This document shows, piece by piece, positions 18,476-28,618 of a stretch of DNA of 64,000 nucleotides. The stretch lies in the NCBI GenBank assembly GCA_964634735.1, contig CAZWMA010000009.1, positions 3,378 through 67,377 of the forward strand. Direction: 5' to 3'. Within the stretch, counting starts at the first letter, position 1. Each line of letters starts with the position of its first letter. The notes beneath the pieces were generated by a model that had not been told where the DNA came from, searched no databases, and was given only the letters and a program-made list of their open reading frames with translations. The stretch is from an uncultured Nitrososphaerota archaeon (GTDB lineage: Archaea; Thermoproteota; Methanomethylicia; Methanomethylicales; Methanomethylicaceae). A program made the position numbers and the translations under genes.

Positions 18476-20584
18476 ATGGTCAAACAGCTCATCATCTGCG
18501 AGAAGCCATCTGCCGCATTGAAGGTAGCTTATGCCCTGGGCGAAGGCGGCGTGAAGAGGGTAGGGAGCAGATTCTTCCCTGCCTATAGCTTCTCAAGGGG
18601 GGCTCACACGGTCACAGTCATCTCCGCGCTCGGCCACCTCTACTCGGTGGACCAGAAGAGCATTGGGTGGAGCTACCCCGTCTTCGACATCAGCTGGGTG
18701 CCGATATACGAGGCTGAGAGAAGGATGACGAGGGCGAAGGGCTGGATCGCCGCAATCTCAAAGTATGCAGCCGAGGCGGACGAGTTCGTGAGCGCTTGCG
18801 ACTTCGACACAGAGGGCAGCCTGATAGCATTCAACATCCTTAGGTATGCATGCGGCGGGGCGGATGCGAAGGCGAAGCGGATGCGATTCTCTACGCTGAC
18901 GAAGCAGGACCTTGTTGCTGCTTACGAGGGGATGTCAAAAGAACTCGATACGCCTGTCATTGAGGCGGGTCGGACGAGGCACGAGCTTGACTGGATATTT
19001 GGAGTCAATGCGTCCCGTGCCCTCATGGACTCTCAGATAATGGCCGGTGGCGGGTATGAGGTCCTGAGCGCCGGGAGGGTCCAGAGTCCGACGCTTTACG
19101 CGCTGTATAGGAGGGAGAATGGCATCAAGCTCCACGTGCCCGACCCCTATTGGGTTATCATTGCAGAGGCGGAGATAGCGGGTGAAGGGCTTCCTGCGGA
19201 GTACGCAGAGGGGGAGATTCTCTCGCGCAAGGAGGCAGAGGGGATAGTCCAGAGGTGCAATGGGGCAGAAGGAATTGTGAGCAGCGTCTCGGATAAGAGG
19301 ATGATCATGCCCCCTCCAGCGCCATTCGACTTGGGCGCCTTGCAGTCTGAGGCATTCAAACACTTCGGGCTTTCCCCATCAAAAACGCAGAAGATTGCGG
19401 AGAAGCTGTACTTGGATGCGCTGATATCTTACCCCAGAACGTCCAGCCAGAGGCTGCCCCCGTCGCTTGGTTACGCCCGGATAATGCAGGCGCTGAAGAG
19501 GAATGGGCATTATGCGGACGCCGTTGATGAGCTCCTGATGAGCGGAAAGCCACTCAGACCAAGGGAGGGGATGAAGTTCGATCCGGCTCACCCTGCGATA
19601 CATCCGACTGGCAACCTCGCTGAGAGACTGGGGAGGGATGAGTTCAGGGTTTACGACCTCATTGTAAAGAGGTTCCTCGCTACGTTCGGGGAGGAGGCGA
19701 TTAAGGCTCTGACCTCGATCGAGATATCATGCGGAGGTGCGGATGCGTTCATTGTGAAGGGCGAGGCGGTCCTAAGCGAGGGTTGGACGAGGCTCTACGC
19801 ACCGTACGCATTCCTCAGAGAGACCAAGGTTCCTGCCACCATGAAAGGGGATCAGGCAAGGATGACTTCGGTAACGTGTGATGAACGGTACACTGCCGCT
19901 CTGCCTAGGTTCAACCAGAGCAGCATCATAAAGTTCATGGAGAGGAACGGCCTTGGCACAAAGTCAACGAGGGCGGACGCCGTGGAGACGCTTTACAGGC
20001 GCGGTTACATCGAGGGTGGGAGGATAGAGGTGACTGACCTTGGGGCAGGCGTCATTGCCGCGCTCAAGGAGCACTTCCCCCGCCTTGTCTCAATTGACCT
20101 GACGAGGAAGGTGGAGGAGGGCATGGAGGGGATAGAGGGCGGGAAGATGAGCAGGGAGCAGGTCATGCTGAACGCGATTGATGAGATGAAGGCGACCTAC
20201 GAGAGGATGATGGATGGGCAGGAGGGGCTGGGCGCTAGCCTCGCCGAACTCGTAAAGGTCAAGAAAGACGATGCGAAGACCGTCGGGCAGTGCCCATCAT
20301 GCAAGACGGGAAGGCTGATAATGATAAGGTCTAAGAAGAGCGGCAAGCGGTTCGTGGGATGCTCAAGGTATAGCGAGGGGTGCAGGTTCGCGGCTCCGCT
20401 CCCCCAGAGGGGGAGGGTCACGACGTCGAAGAGGACCTGCAAGGACTGCGGGTATCCGGTTGTTGAAGTCAGGGGATTGGGGAGGTATGTTTGGAGGTTG
20501 TGCATAAATGTCGAGTGCCCGGGGAAGAGGAAAAATGGGAAGGGAAACGAAAACGGGGAAGATAGCGCCAAGCAAAGCGAGTGA
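18476..20584 (+). CDS. topA: DNA topoisomerase type IA (archaeal TopA/Topo III-like)
   Basis: TOPRIM EKPS and D.DTEG, SAGRVQSPTL, catalytic LISYPRT, AHPAIHPT, GLGTKSTR, C-terminal zinc ribbons. Confidence 0.96.
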   Translation: MVKQLIICEKPSAALKVAYALGEGGVKRVGSRFFPAYSFSRGAHTVTVISALGHLYSVDQKSIGWSYPVFDISWVPIYEAERRMTRAKGWIAAISKYAAEADEFVSACDFDTEGSLIAFNILRYACGGADAKAKRMRFSTLTKQDLVAAYEGMSKELDTPVIEAGRTRHELDWIFGVNASRALMDSQIMAGGGYEVLSAGRVQSPTLYALYRRENGIKLHVPDPYWVIIAEAEIAGEGLPAEYAEGEILSRKEAEGIVQRCNGAEGIVSSVSDKRMIMPPPAPFDLGALQSEAFKHFGLSPSKTQKIAEKLYLDALISYPRTSSQRLPPSLGYARIMQALKRNGHYADAVDELLMSGKPLRPREGMKFDPAHPAIHPTGNLAERLGRDEFRVYDLIVKRFLATFGEEAIKALTSIEISCGGADAFIVKGEAVLSEGWTRLYAPYAFLRETKVPATMKGDQARMTSVTCDERYTAALPRFNQSSIIKFMERNGLGTKSTRADAVETLYRRGYIEGGRIEVTDLGAGVIAALKEHFPRLVSIDLTRKVEEGMEGIEGGKMSREQVMLNAIDEMKATYERMMDGQEGLGASLAELVKVKKDDAKTVGQCPSCKTGRLIMIRSKKSGKRFVGCSRYSEGCRFAAPLPQRGRVTTSKRTCKDCGYPVVEVRGLGRYVWRLCINVECPGKRKNGKGNENGEDSAKQSE

Positions 20585-20798
20585 GAGGTGCCAGATCTGC
20601 GCCAAGGCAGCCGGCGGAGAGCTCTGCGAGATACATGTGGAGGCAAAGAAGAGGCTGGAGAAGCACTTTGAGGTGTGGAAAGCCCGCATGGACATCGGCT
20701 GGCAGGAGTATTTAGTGAAGGTGCAATCCAACCCCAATACCGGTTCGGCAATCAGGGATGCGGCGGCTTTTGCGCTCAAGGCTCAAGGCTCAAGGTGA
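20535..20798 (+). CDS. Small conserved hypothetical protein (C-x2-C...C-x2-H) downstream of topA
   Basis: CQIC...LCEIH..A...L...F..WK......W.EYL....NP.TG; overlaps the topA end; start uncertain. Confidence 0.65.
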   Translation: MGRETKTGKIAPSKASERCQICAKAAGGELCEIHVEAKKRLEKHFEVWKARMDIGWQEYLVKVQSNPNTGSAIRDAAAFALKAQGSR

Positions 20799-22255
20799 GC
20801 AGAGTATAAGTCCATAGCGCGCATGCCCTTCTTGATTGGGGCAGAGAGGTCTTCGATTGAAGAAGCGGTCTTCTTGGCGAAGAGCTTCCTCTCGTCGAGC
20901 ATCCTCCTCACTTCCTTGACCGCGGGACCGCCCGTTGTCGTCCTGACGTTTACATTCTTTAGTGGGTCTATTGCGGCAGCTATGGAAGCCTCCCTGATGC
21001 GAACGCCTGCCTTGGCAAAGACCATGGCAGCGATGTCAGCGGCAGGCTCTTCGGACAGCGATTTTGAAGCATCGGAGAGATCCCTCACTATTGCACCAAC
21101 CACCTGGTGCGCTTTCCTGAACGGCAAGCCACCCGCCCTCACGAGCACGTCTGCGAGCTCAGTAGCGACTGAGAAGTCGTCCATGACGCTCTGCTTGAGG
21201 CGCTGCTCCCTGAAGTTTACTTTACGTACCAGGTCAGCCATGACCCGGAGCGAGAGCAGGGCTGCGTCGCATGCGCGCCAGATGTGAGGATTGACCTCCT
21301 GCATGTCGAGGTTGTACGTCAACGGGAGGGACTTCATGATGATAGTCATGGCAGCCAGCTCTCCGAATACGTCTCCGCTCTTTGCCCTCATGATCTCGGA
21401 GGTGACTGGATTCTTCTTTTGAGGCATTATGCTGCTCGTCGAGGAGTGATCGTCGGGCATCTCCAGGTAACCGAACTCGTGCGAGCTCCAGATGACCAGT
21501 TCCTCCGCCATCCGGCTCATGTCGACCATCATTATCGAGAGCGACGAGACTGCCTCGAGCGCGAAGTCCCGCGACCCTACGGCGTCCATTGTATTTTCCA
21601 ATAGACCGTCAAAGCCCAGGTAGCTTGCGACGAGGGCACGGTCTATCGGGAATCCAGTGCCTGCCAAGGCTGCTGCGCCCATCGGAGACAGGTTTACACG
21701 CTTGTAGCAGTCGATCATCCGGCTGAGGCTCCTGCCGAACATGTCGCTGTACGCAAGCAGGTGAAGGGCGGCGCTCACTGGCTGGGCGTGCTGCAGGTGC
21801 GTGAACCCTGGTACGATGATATCGGCGGACGCCTCGGCCTTGTCGTTCAGCGCAACCTGGAGGTCGGATATCCGGCAGCATATCTCGATAAGGTACGAGC
21901 GGAGGCGCATCCGGAGTGCAGTTGCGACCTGGTCGTTCCTGCTCTTGCCGGTGTGCATCTTTCCCCCAATCTCGGCACCTACAGCCTTCGTGACCTCCTC
22001 TTCGATGACCATGTGGACGTCCTCCATCTCTGGCGGGACGGCAGTTATCTTGCCGATGAGGGGTTTAAGCGCGTTTACGAGCGCCTTGCCTTCCGCGGGG
22101 GTAAGGCAACCTACCTTCACAAGCATGAGGGTGTGGGCGATGTTGATCTTGATTACATCGTCTGCGATGTAGTGGTCGTGTTCAGATGATGAGGTAAGCC
22201 TGGCCACATCCGCGGTCAGGTCCCCCGATAGCCGCCCCCCACGAGTGATCTTCAT
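20783..22255 (-). CDS. argH: Argininosuccinate lyase
   Basis: EDVHM, HTGKSRNDQV, PGFTHLQHAQP, SSIMPQKKNP; start moved to ATG 22255. Confidence 0.97.
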   Translation of the reverse strand: MKITRGGRLSGDLTADVARLTSSSEHDHYIADDVIKINIAHTLMLVKVGCLTPAEGKALVNALKPLIGKITAVPPEMEDVHMVIEEEVTKAVGAEIGGKMHTGKSRNDQVATALRMRLRSYLIEICCRISDLQVALNDKAEASADIIVPGFTHLQHAQPVSAALHLLAYSDMFGRSLSRMIDCYKRVNLSPMGAAALAGTGFPIDRALVASYLGFDGLLENTMDAVGSRDFALEAVSSLSIMMVDMSRMAEELVIWSSHEFGYLEMPDDHSSTSSIMPQKKNPVTSEIMRAKSGDVFGELAAMTIIMKSLPLTYNLDMQEVNPHIWRACDAALLSLRVMADLVRKVNFREQRLKQSVMDDFSVATELADVLVRAGGLPFRKAHQVVGAIVRDLSDASKSLSEEPAADIAAMVFAKAGVRIREASIAAAIDPLKNVNVRTTTGGPAVKEVRRMLDERKLFAKKTASSIEDLSAPIKKGMRAMDLYSAHLEP

Positions 22256-22280
22256 GCAAGGCACCCTTAATCCAATGCGC

Positions 22281-23492
22281 TCATTCTTTCTTCTTCGACC
22301 GCAGCATGACCTTGTTGGAGACCACCGTTGGCAGCCCCCAGAGAGGCACGAATCCGTTTGAGAGTGTCTGGTCGAATGTCGAAGAAGAGTCATATGTTGC
22401 GGTCTTGAAGTCGTATACAGAGTTCGGGGACTCCCTGCCGCAGACAATCATCGAGCCCTTGTAGAGCTTGACCTTGACCCGGCCATCAACGCGTTCGTTG
22501 GACTTGTCTATGAAGGCGTCGAGCTCTTCGCGGAGCGGATCGTCCCACAGACCGGCGTAAACCATAAAGGTCCACTTGTCGTCTACGAACTTCTTGAACT
22601 CCTGCTCGTGCCTGTTGAGGACAAGTTTCTCGAGGTCGCGGTGAGCTTCCAGCAGCACCAGCGCCGCCGGGCACTCGTATGTCTCGCGGGACTTGATGCC
22701 GACGATGCGGTCCTCCATGTGGTCTATCCTGCCCACGCCGTTGTCCCCAGCAATCTTGTTGACCTTACGGATGAGGGGCACCGGCGCCATGCGCTCGCCA
22801 TCGAGTGCTATTGGGACGCCATTCTTGAACGTAATCTCGAGGATGGTAGGCTTGTCCGGCGCATTTTCAGGCGATTTGGTCCAGAGCCAGCCGTCTTCCT
22901 GCGGCTCGTTCCACGGGTTCTCGAGCGGTCCGCTCTCAATCGACCTGCCCCACAGGTTCTCGTCGATGCTGTACTTCTTGGCAGCCTTCGAGATTGGGAT
23001 GCCGGCGTTCTTCGCGTACTCGATCTCTTGGTCCCGGCTCATTCCCCAATTGCGAGTGGGGGCGAGGATGGTAAGCGTCGGATCCTGTGCTCTTGAGGAT
23101 ATCTCGATGCGTAACTGGTCGTTGCCTTTCCCCGTGCAGCCGTGTGCAACAGCGTCGCAGTTCTCCTTGTGGGCAATCTCGACTAGCTTCTTTGCGATGA
23201 GAGGTCTAGTGAGGGATGTCGATATGGGGTATTTGCCCTGGTAGATACCGTTCGCCTTGATTGAGGGGAAGAGGTAGTCCCTTGCAAACTCGTCCTTTGC
23301 ATCTATAGTGTAATGGTTCTCGGCGCCGACTTTCAAGGCTTTATCTCCTACGAACTTGAAGTCGTCCTCCTGGCCGACGTCCACGGTAACCGTGATTACC
23401 TTTGCGTTGTACTTGTCGGCGAGCCACTTCATTGCAACAGAAGTGTCTAAACCGCCCGAATAAGCGAGAGCTATTCTCTTGATTTCAGCCAC
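22281..23492 (-). CDS. argG: Argininosuccinate synthase
   Basis: LAYSGGLDTS, HGCTGKGNDQ.R, SIDENLWG, E.R..GIKSRE.YE.P; GGTGA before GTG. Confidence 0.97.
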   Translation of the reverse strand: MAEIKRIALAYSGGLDTSVAMKWLADKYNAKVITVTVDVGQEDDFKFVGDKALKVGAENHYTIDAKDEFARDYLFPSIKANGIYQGKYPISTSLTRPLIAKKLVEIAHKENCDAVAHGCTGKGNDQLRIEISSRAQDPTLTILAPTRNWGMSRDQEIEYAKNAGIPISKAAKKYSIDENLWGRSIESGPLENPWNEPQEDGWLWTKSPENAPDKPTILEITFKNGVPIALDGERMAPVPLIRKVNKIAGDNGVGRIDHMEDRIVGIKSRETYECPAALVLLEAHRDLEKLVLNRHEQEFKKFVDDKWTFMVYAGLWDDPLREELDAFIDKSNERVDGRVKVKLYKGSMIVCGRESPNSVYDFKTATYDSSSTFDQTLSNGFVPLWGLPTVVSNKVMLRSKKKE

Positions 23493-23725
23493 TTTTATCA
23501 CCTATTCAATATCCCTTAACATTTCGCAAAAAAAAGGTTGCTAAACGTTTACTTATAAGTATTCTCTTTAGAGAGCATTAGTTTTTTGGTATAAAAAATT
23601 GTTTTTAATTAGCAGTCGAAATGCCAGCCCTAGTTATTCTAACCGACCGCTTGACAAGGCATAGGTTTGGCAAGGTTAAGGGAGACCTGATTTGACCCCT
23701 CGAACCCATCCTTGCCATCGCACAG

Positions 23726-24493
23726 TCAGTGATAGGTGTGCTCTTGGGCGGGATATTGACCGTTTTTCACCTCTCGTTTGAAAGCATCAACGGAATTCGA
23801 GATTATTTTGCTCAGGTCGGCATACTTCTTGACATACTTGGGCGTGAAAGTTGGGTCGAGCCCAAGCAGATCATTTATCACCAAGACCTGACCGTCGCAG
23901 TATTTACCTGCCCCGATCCCAATGGTTGGAGCCCGAACAGCTTCCGTAATCTCTTTCGCCAAACCTTCCGGCATTGACTCAAGGACCATGGAGAAGACTC
24001 CCAATTCGTCCAGGTGTATGGCATCCTCAAGGATTTTTTGTGCGTCCTCAGGCGTCTTCCCCATTACTCGGTAGGTCGCAGCGGTCTGTGGCAGGAGCCC
24101 GATATGGGCCATCACCGGGATGCCGTTTCCTATCAGGGTCTTTATCGCCTCGGTTTTTCGCCCTTCGATTTTAACCCCTTCAGCCCCTGCTCCCAGAAGG
24201 CGACGGGCATTCCTGAGGGCGCCGGATTTGGTGGAGTCGCTCTTGAAGGGCATATCCGCGACTATTGGCGTCTTTTTGGCACCCCTGGCAACGGCTTGGG
24301 TATGATAAAGCATGTCGCGCATTGTTACATTCCTGGTTTCTGCGTTCCCCTGAAAGACCATTCCAAGGCTATCCCCGATCAAGATAATATCAATTGCAAC
24401 TTGATCGATTATTTTGGCGATTTGACTGTCATAGGCAGTCAGCATGACTATCTTCTCTTTGCCTTTCCAATCCCTAAACTCGTTGAGTTTCAT
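23726..24493 (-). CDS. panB: 3-methyl-2-oxobutanoate hydroxymethyltransferase
   Basis: MLTAYD, GDSLGM, ADMPF, VKIEG, HIGLLPQ, IGIGAG..CDGQVLV..DLLG. Confidence 0.97.
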   Translation of the reverse strand: MKLNEFRDWKGKEKIVMLTAYDSQIAKIIDQVAIDIILIGDSLGMVFQGNAETRNVTMRDMLYHTQAVARGAKKTPIVADMPFKSDSTKSGALRNARRLLGAGAEGVKIEGRKTEAIKTLIGNGIPVMAHIGLLPQTAATYRVMGKTPEDAQKILEDAIHLDELGVFSMVLESMPEGLAKEITEAVRAPTIGIGAGKYCDGQVLVINDLLGLDPTFTPKYVKKYADLSKIISNSVDAFKREVKNGQYPAQEHTYH

Positions 24494-25380
24494 CTTTGAG
24501 CCTCCATGAATCTAATCAGCTCCACCATCGTTTCGTTCACGGGTACCCTGATGCCGTATTTTTCCCCAAGTTCAATTATCTTTGCGTTGAGGAAGCCAAT
24601 CTCGGTGGCCTTGCCTTTCATTATGTCCTGGTACATCGAAGAGTAATTTTTATAGTTCATTATTCTGCGATCGGTGTCAGCTTCTAGGTCGTCGCCGAAA
24701 TGAACCCCTTCAACTTCTGCAACAGATGCGCACTCGCGCATGAGCGAGCGCCTCGTCGCGCTCAGGCCTGGTGCGCCTACCTCGTTATCCCTGACCTTTA
24801 GGATTGCGGATAATGGATTTACAATGCAATTGATGAGCATTTTGTTCCATTCGTGTCTCCTGATATCCGAGGTAATTTTGGTTTCCAGACCGCTATTTTC
24901 GAATAAAGCTTGGATTGCCTTCCCATTCTTCGTTTTTTCCATTATCGTGGGACCTTTCCAATACGTGACTTTTCCCGGCTCCAGAAACTCCGCTGCCATT
25001 AGGACCACCCCCCTGACCACATTTGCTTTTTCGGCGATAGCCTCCAAGATTAGCTCTTTTATCCCCAGCCCGTTTTGCAAAGCCAGCAAGACGGTGTCAC
25101 TCCTCAATATCGGCAGTAGTGCTTCACAGGCCTTTGCAACATCCTGCGCTTTCATGGTTAAGAGTATCAATGAATTTTCTGGAACGTCGGATATGGCGGT
25201 CTTTGCATTTAAATGAAAAATGCCCTTGAGGTCGCCGTCGATAATCAACCCCTTGGAGTTGATGGCGCCAACGTGGGACGGGTTGCCAACCAATGTTACA
25301 TCGTTCTTTCTTGATAATAATGCGCCATAGCAGCTGCCAACAGCCCCAGCGCCCATTATGAAAATCTTATGAAATGTCAT
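24490..25380 (-). CDS. panE: 2-dehydropantoate 2-reductase
   Basis: GAGAVG, LQNGLG, W.K..INC..NPL, SSMYQD..KG..TEI..LN. Confidence 0.93.
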   Translation of the reverse strand: MTFHKIFIMGAGAVGSCYGALLSRKNDVTLVGNPSHVGAINSKGLIIDGDLKGIFHLNAKTAISDVPENSLILLTMKAQDVAKACEALLPILRSDTVLLALQNGLGIKELILEAIAEKANVVRGVVLMAAEFLEPGKVTYWKGPTIMEKTKNGKAIQALFENSGLETKITSDIRRHEWNKMLINCIVNPLSAILKVRDNEVGAPGLSATRRSLMRECASVAEVEGVHFGDDLEADTDRRIMNYKNYSSMYQDIMKGKATEIGFLNAKIIELGEKYGIRVPVNETMVELIRFMEAQR

Positions 25381-25439
25381 TTTCATTTTCTCCAAGATCC
25401 CAGGTATGCCCGTTCCATCAGGTTGGTGCCCGCATCCAT

Positions 25440-26216
25440 TCAATCGCACTTCTCTTTAGCGAGGGTAGTCAGCCGATCCCTGATGAAAATGATTACATCG
25501 GAGAGGTTCTTCTTGTTGCTGAAGCCCGAAAGGGCTGCCTTCAAGGATGCATTGTCGAGGCGCTTCATCTCGCGGATGGCGCGAGTGACGCTGGGGACCG
25601 CCCGAATCACATTGTCGACGATCGTTATGTCAGCGGCTTGGGCTGTCCTCGAGAGTGGGTTGAGGTCGATGGTGATTATGAACTTGCCCATGCGCTTCAG
25701 TGCTTCAGTCCGGTCGCCGTCCTCCAGCGGAACTACGACTACATCGGCTTTGTAGATGCCCTCGGGATCGACAATCCTCCTGTCGCTGAACAACTCAGGT
25801 ATCGACTCCTTCTTTGAGCCTAAGCCGAGGACTGATGTCGCACCAGCATTCAAGAGAGCTTTGCGTATGGCAAGCTCCCGCTTCCTCGTCCTGTAGAAGA
25901 GGTTGACCTCAAGTGGGGCGCCAGAGATCTTCGAGAGCTCGACCAGCGCCTCGGGGACGAGTGCGGTCATATTTCCGTTGACTGATATGACCGGGTGCGA
26001 TGCCAACAAGAGCGACGCCGCTGCGGCGCGTGCTGCAAGGAATGCATGAGGTATGGATTCCTCCCCGAGGAGGTAGTCAAATGCCTCCCCACGGCCGTGG
26101 GCTATGAGACCAGCCTTTGCGACGACAGAGTTCTCCTCGGCATCAATCAGCTTCTCCCTGACCCTTAGAGATTCAGCCCTTGAATGGTTTTTTGGTATCT
26201 TCAAATGCGTTCCCAT
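25440..26216 (-). CDS. pps: 4-phosphopantoate--beta-alanine ligase (phosphopantothenate synthetase)
   Basis: H.RA.SL..RE, GLIAHGRGEAFDYL.GE, VPLEDGDR, IDLNPLSRT. Confidence 0.95.
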   Translation of the reverse strand: MGTHLKIPKNHSRAESLRVREKLIDAEENSVVAKAGLIAHGRGEAFDYLLGEESIPHAFLAARAAAASLLLASHPVISVNGNMTALVPEALVELSKISGAPLEVNLFYRTRKRELAIRKALLNAGATSVLGLGSKKESIPELFSDRRIVDPEGIYKADVVVVPLEDGDRTEALKRMGKFIITIDLNPLSRTAQAADITIVDNVIRAVPSVTRAIREMKRLDNASLKAALSGFSNKKNLSDVIIFIRDRLTTLAKEKCD

Positions 26217-27205
26217 CAAAATGCCCCTCCTTTTGCAATCTCGGTTATGATAAGATTGATCCCGTTGGAGCCATGCAGGACCAGTGGCAATGGCTCATCA
26301 GGGGCGGGCATCGCGGACCCGAGCTTCCTGACGACTGATCCAAGCTCATCGCGATTTATGATTCCAAAGACCATGCCCTTCTTTACAGAAGGATGCTTCA
26401 CTCCGGCGTTCTCGAAGAGCCTCAATGCGGCGAGCATGCGCTGCTCCTCGATGCCTACGCCCATCCAAAAGAGGCGCGACTGGAGCATAAGGTTCTCGAT
26501 GTTCGGGCAGTCCATGAATGCGCCCATGGCCTTCGCGCCGAGCATGTTTATTTTGTCCACGTACCGTGGGGATGTAATCATGGTCTTTGTAGGGAACTTG
26601 ACTACCGGCGCAGTTACGACGACCATCCCTTCTGGGCGGGGCAGACTGCGGACCTCTCCAAGGCCTGGCGCACCTGGCCTCAGCCTGACCTCGATCCCGC
26701 CAGCGAGCTGAGCCGTCACGTCCCCGAGCCCAGTCAGGAGCGCCACTTCGGCCTTGTGCGCGAATTGGCCGACCTCATTCATCGAGAGGCGCAGGTCTGC
26801 AGCCTTGTTGATCGCAATCGCTAGGCTGAGCGCGGATGCGCCACTGAGTCCGTACCCATAGTTGGGGGGGAGGGCGGATTCCTGTTCTGCCACGACCGAA
26901 AACTCGCTCCCGAAGCTAGCATTCATGGACTTAACGAGGAAATTGCAGGTCGGCACGGATGGGAGCGCCCTCCCGTTGAAGGAGAGGTGAAGCGGTTTCT
27001 TCCTTGATGATGAAGGCCGGATGGTGACCCTTGTGTGGACCCCTTCCTCGAGGCAGATTCCTGCTCCGGTCGATCCTGTGAGCATCGGGTCGTTCGTCAT
27101 GTGTATGCTGAAGAATGCAGTAATGTGTCCTGGCGAGTAGCCTTCTCCGACCATGCAATCGAGGATTGAGGCTGCGATGCCCCTGCTGAGCATCGTGCTG
27201 CTCAT
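26216..27205 (-). CDS. pok: Pantoate kinase (GHMP family)
   Basis: PGHIT.FF, GSTGAG, P..YGYGLSGA, E....TGLGDV; true start may be downstream. Confidence 0.9.
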   Translation of the reverse strand: MSSTMLSRGIAASILDCMVGEGYSPGHITAFFSIHMTNDPMLTGSTGAGICLEEGVHTRVTIRPSSSRKKPLHLSFNGRALPSVPTCNFLVKSMNASFGSEFSVVAEQESALPPNYGYGLSGASALSLAIAINKAADLRLSMNEVGQFAHKAEVALLTGLGDVTAQLAGGIEVRLRPGAPGLGEVRSLPRPEGMVVVTAPVVKFPTKTMITSPRYVDKINMLGAKAMGAFMDCPNIENLMLQSRLFWMGVGIEEQRMLAALRLFENAGVKHPSVKKGMVFGIINRDELGSVVRKLGSAMPAPDEPLPLVLHGSNGINLIITEIAKGGAF

Positions 27206-28449
27206 TGCCTGGACTCCCTGCTTGAGTACGCGTCGAGTATCTGGCGCGCAACCTCGCGCTTATGCGAGAGCGGGACGCGGTGGAAGAGCCCGCTGCGGTC
27301 GATGAGGTAGACCTCGTTCGTCTCGGATTCGAACCCGCGCCCTGCTTTGGAGAGGTCGTTCGCCGCGATTAGGTCCATACCAGAGTCGGTGAGTCGGGCT
27401 AGTGCGCGCTGGATGAGCTCTTCTTCGGGGAGATCATACTCCGCCTTGAAGCCGATTATGAATAGCATTGGGGAAGCGTTCCGTGCAGCCCGGGATATCT
27501 TCGGCAGTGGGGAGAGCTTGAGGCTGAGCACCGAGTCGCTCGATATCTTGCCGTTTTTCCGCCTGCTGAATGCGAAGTCGAGGGGAGCCGCGGCGAGAAT
27601 CAAGGCGTCGTAATGCCCCGATTTGAGCTCGGAGAGGACCGCGTCAAGCATCTCCTCCGTCGTGGAGACGCGCGTGACGGGGATCCCGGGCAACTCGGGT
27701 ACCGAGACTGGCCCTGCTACGAGCCTGACCTCGGCGCCCCTTGCGGATGCCTCCAGGGCAAGGGCGAAGCCCATCTTCCCAGAGCTGGAGTTGGTCAAAT
27801 ACCTGATAGCGTCCATGTAAGACCGGGTCGAGCCGGCAGTGATCAGAATCCGCTTGCCCTTCAGGTCCTTCTTTGCGAGCGCCGCAAGCGCAGCCTCGAC
27901 GATCCTCTCGTTGCTTGCAATCTTTGCCTTTCCCTCCGCCTGCTCTGGGGCAAGGACGGTAATCCCCATGGCCTCGAGCCGCTTCATGTTCTCGACGACT
28001 GCGGGATGGCGCATCATACTGGCATGCATCGCAGGGGCGACTATCATCGGAATGCCAGCGCCTATGGCAGTGGTCGCGAGAGAGGTAACCGGCGTGTCAT
28101 CTATGCCCAAGGCTATCTTGCTGACGGTGTTTGCAGTAGCCGGGGCGATTATAACGAGATTGGCGCTCCCGTCGCAGCCGCCCCCCAGGGCAACATGCTC
28201 TATCTTGCCTGTCAGGGAGGTCACCACTGGATTCCCGGTTGCCCATTCCATAAGGTCGGGGGTGATAAGCGATTGGGATGCGGCGGACATCACCGCGAAG
28301 ACCTCGGCGCCGTGCCTCATCAGGCCCCTTGCGAGGTCAGGGGACCGCACAGCGGCGACGCTGCCGCATAATGCCAATGCGATGCGCTTGCCCGCGAGAA
28401 GCCGGCTTGTGGCGCAGATTATGTCCTTTGAAGGGTGAATGCCCAACAC
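27202..28449 (-). CDS. coaBC: Bifunctional phosphopantothenoylcysteine decarboxylase/ligase
   Basis: GSVAA, EH..LG, APATANT..KIA.GI.D, PAMH, ITAG.T...D..RY.TN.SSGKMG, GFKAE. Confidence 0.96.
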   Translation of the reverse strand: MLGIHPSKDIICATSRLLAGKRIALALCGSVAAVRSPDLARGLMRHGAEVFAVMSAASQSLITPDLMEWATGNPVVTSLTGKIEHVALGGGCDGSANLVIIAPATANTVSKIALGIDDTPVTSLATTAIGAGIPMIVAPAMHASMMRHPAVVENMKRLEAMGITVLAPEQAEGKAKIASNERIVEAALAALAKKDLKGKRILITAGSTRSYMDAIRYLTNSSSGKMGFALALEASARGAEVRLVAGPVSVPELPGIPVTRVSTTEEMLDAVLSELKSGHYDALILAAAPLDFAFSRRKNGKISSDSVLSLKLSPLPKISRAARNASPMLFIIGFKAEYDLPEEELIQRALARLTDSGMDLIAANDLSKAGRGFESETNEVYLIDRSGLFHRVPLSHKREVARQILDAYSSRESRQ

Positions 28450-28618
28450 CTCTTCTACAAGAGGACCGAGGTCGCTTATGTAATTTATGTATGTATAACC
28501 CATAATGTGTATTTTTTCAATAATATACATAAAATATGTTCGAATAGGCAAACGGCGCTCCAAAACATTTAAAGATTTGCGGAGGCGTTTAGATGATTAT
28601 TGTGATCCGGTGGTCAAG

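Noticed and set aside
22256-22447. 64-aa N-terminal extension of ArgH in the ORF track
   Set aside because: It overlaps the argG 3' end on the same strand in another frame and has no ArgH similarity; ATG 22255 gives a normal length.
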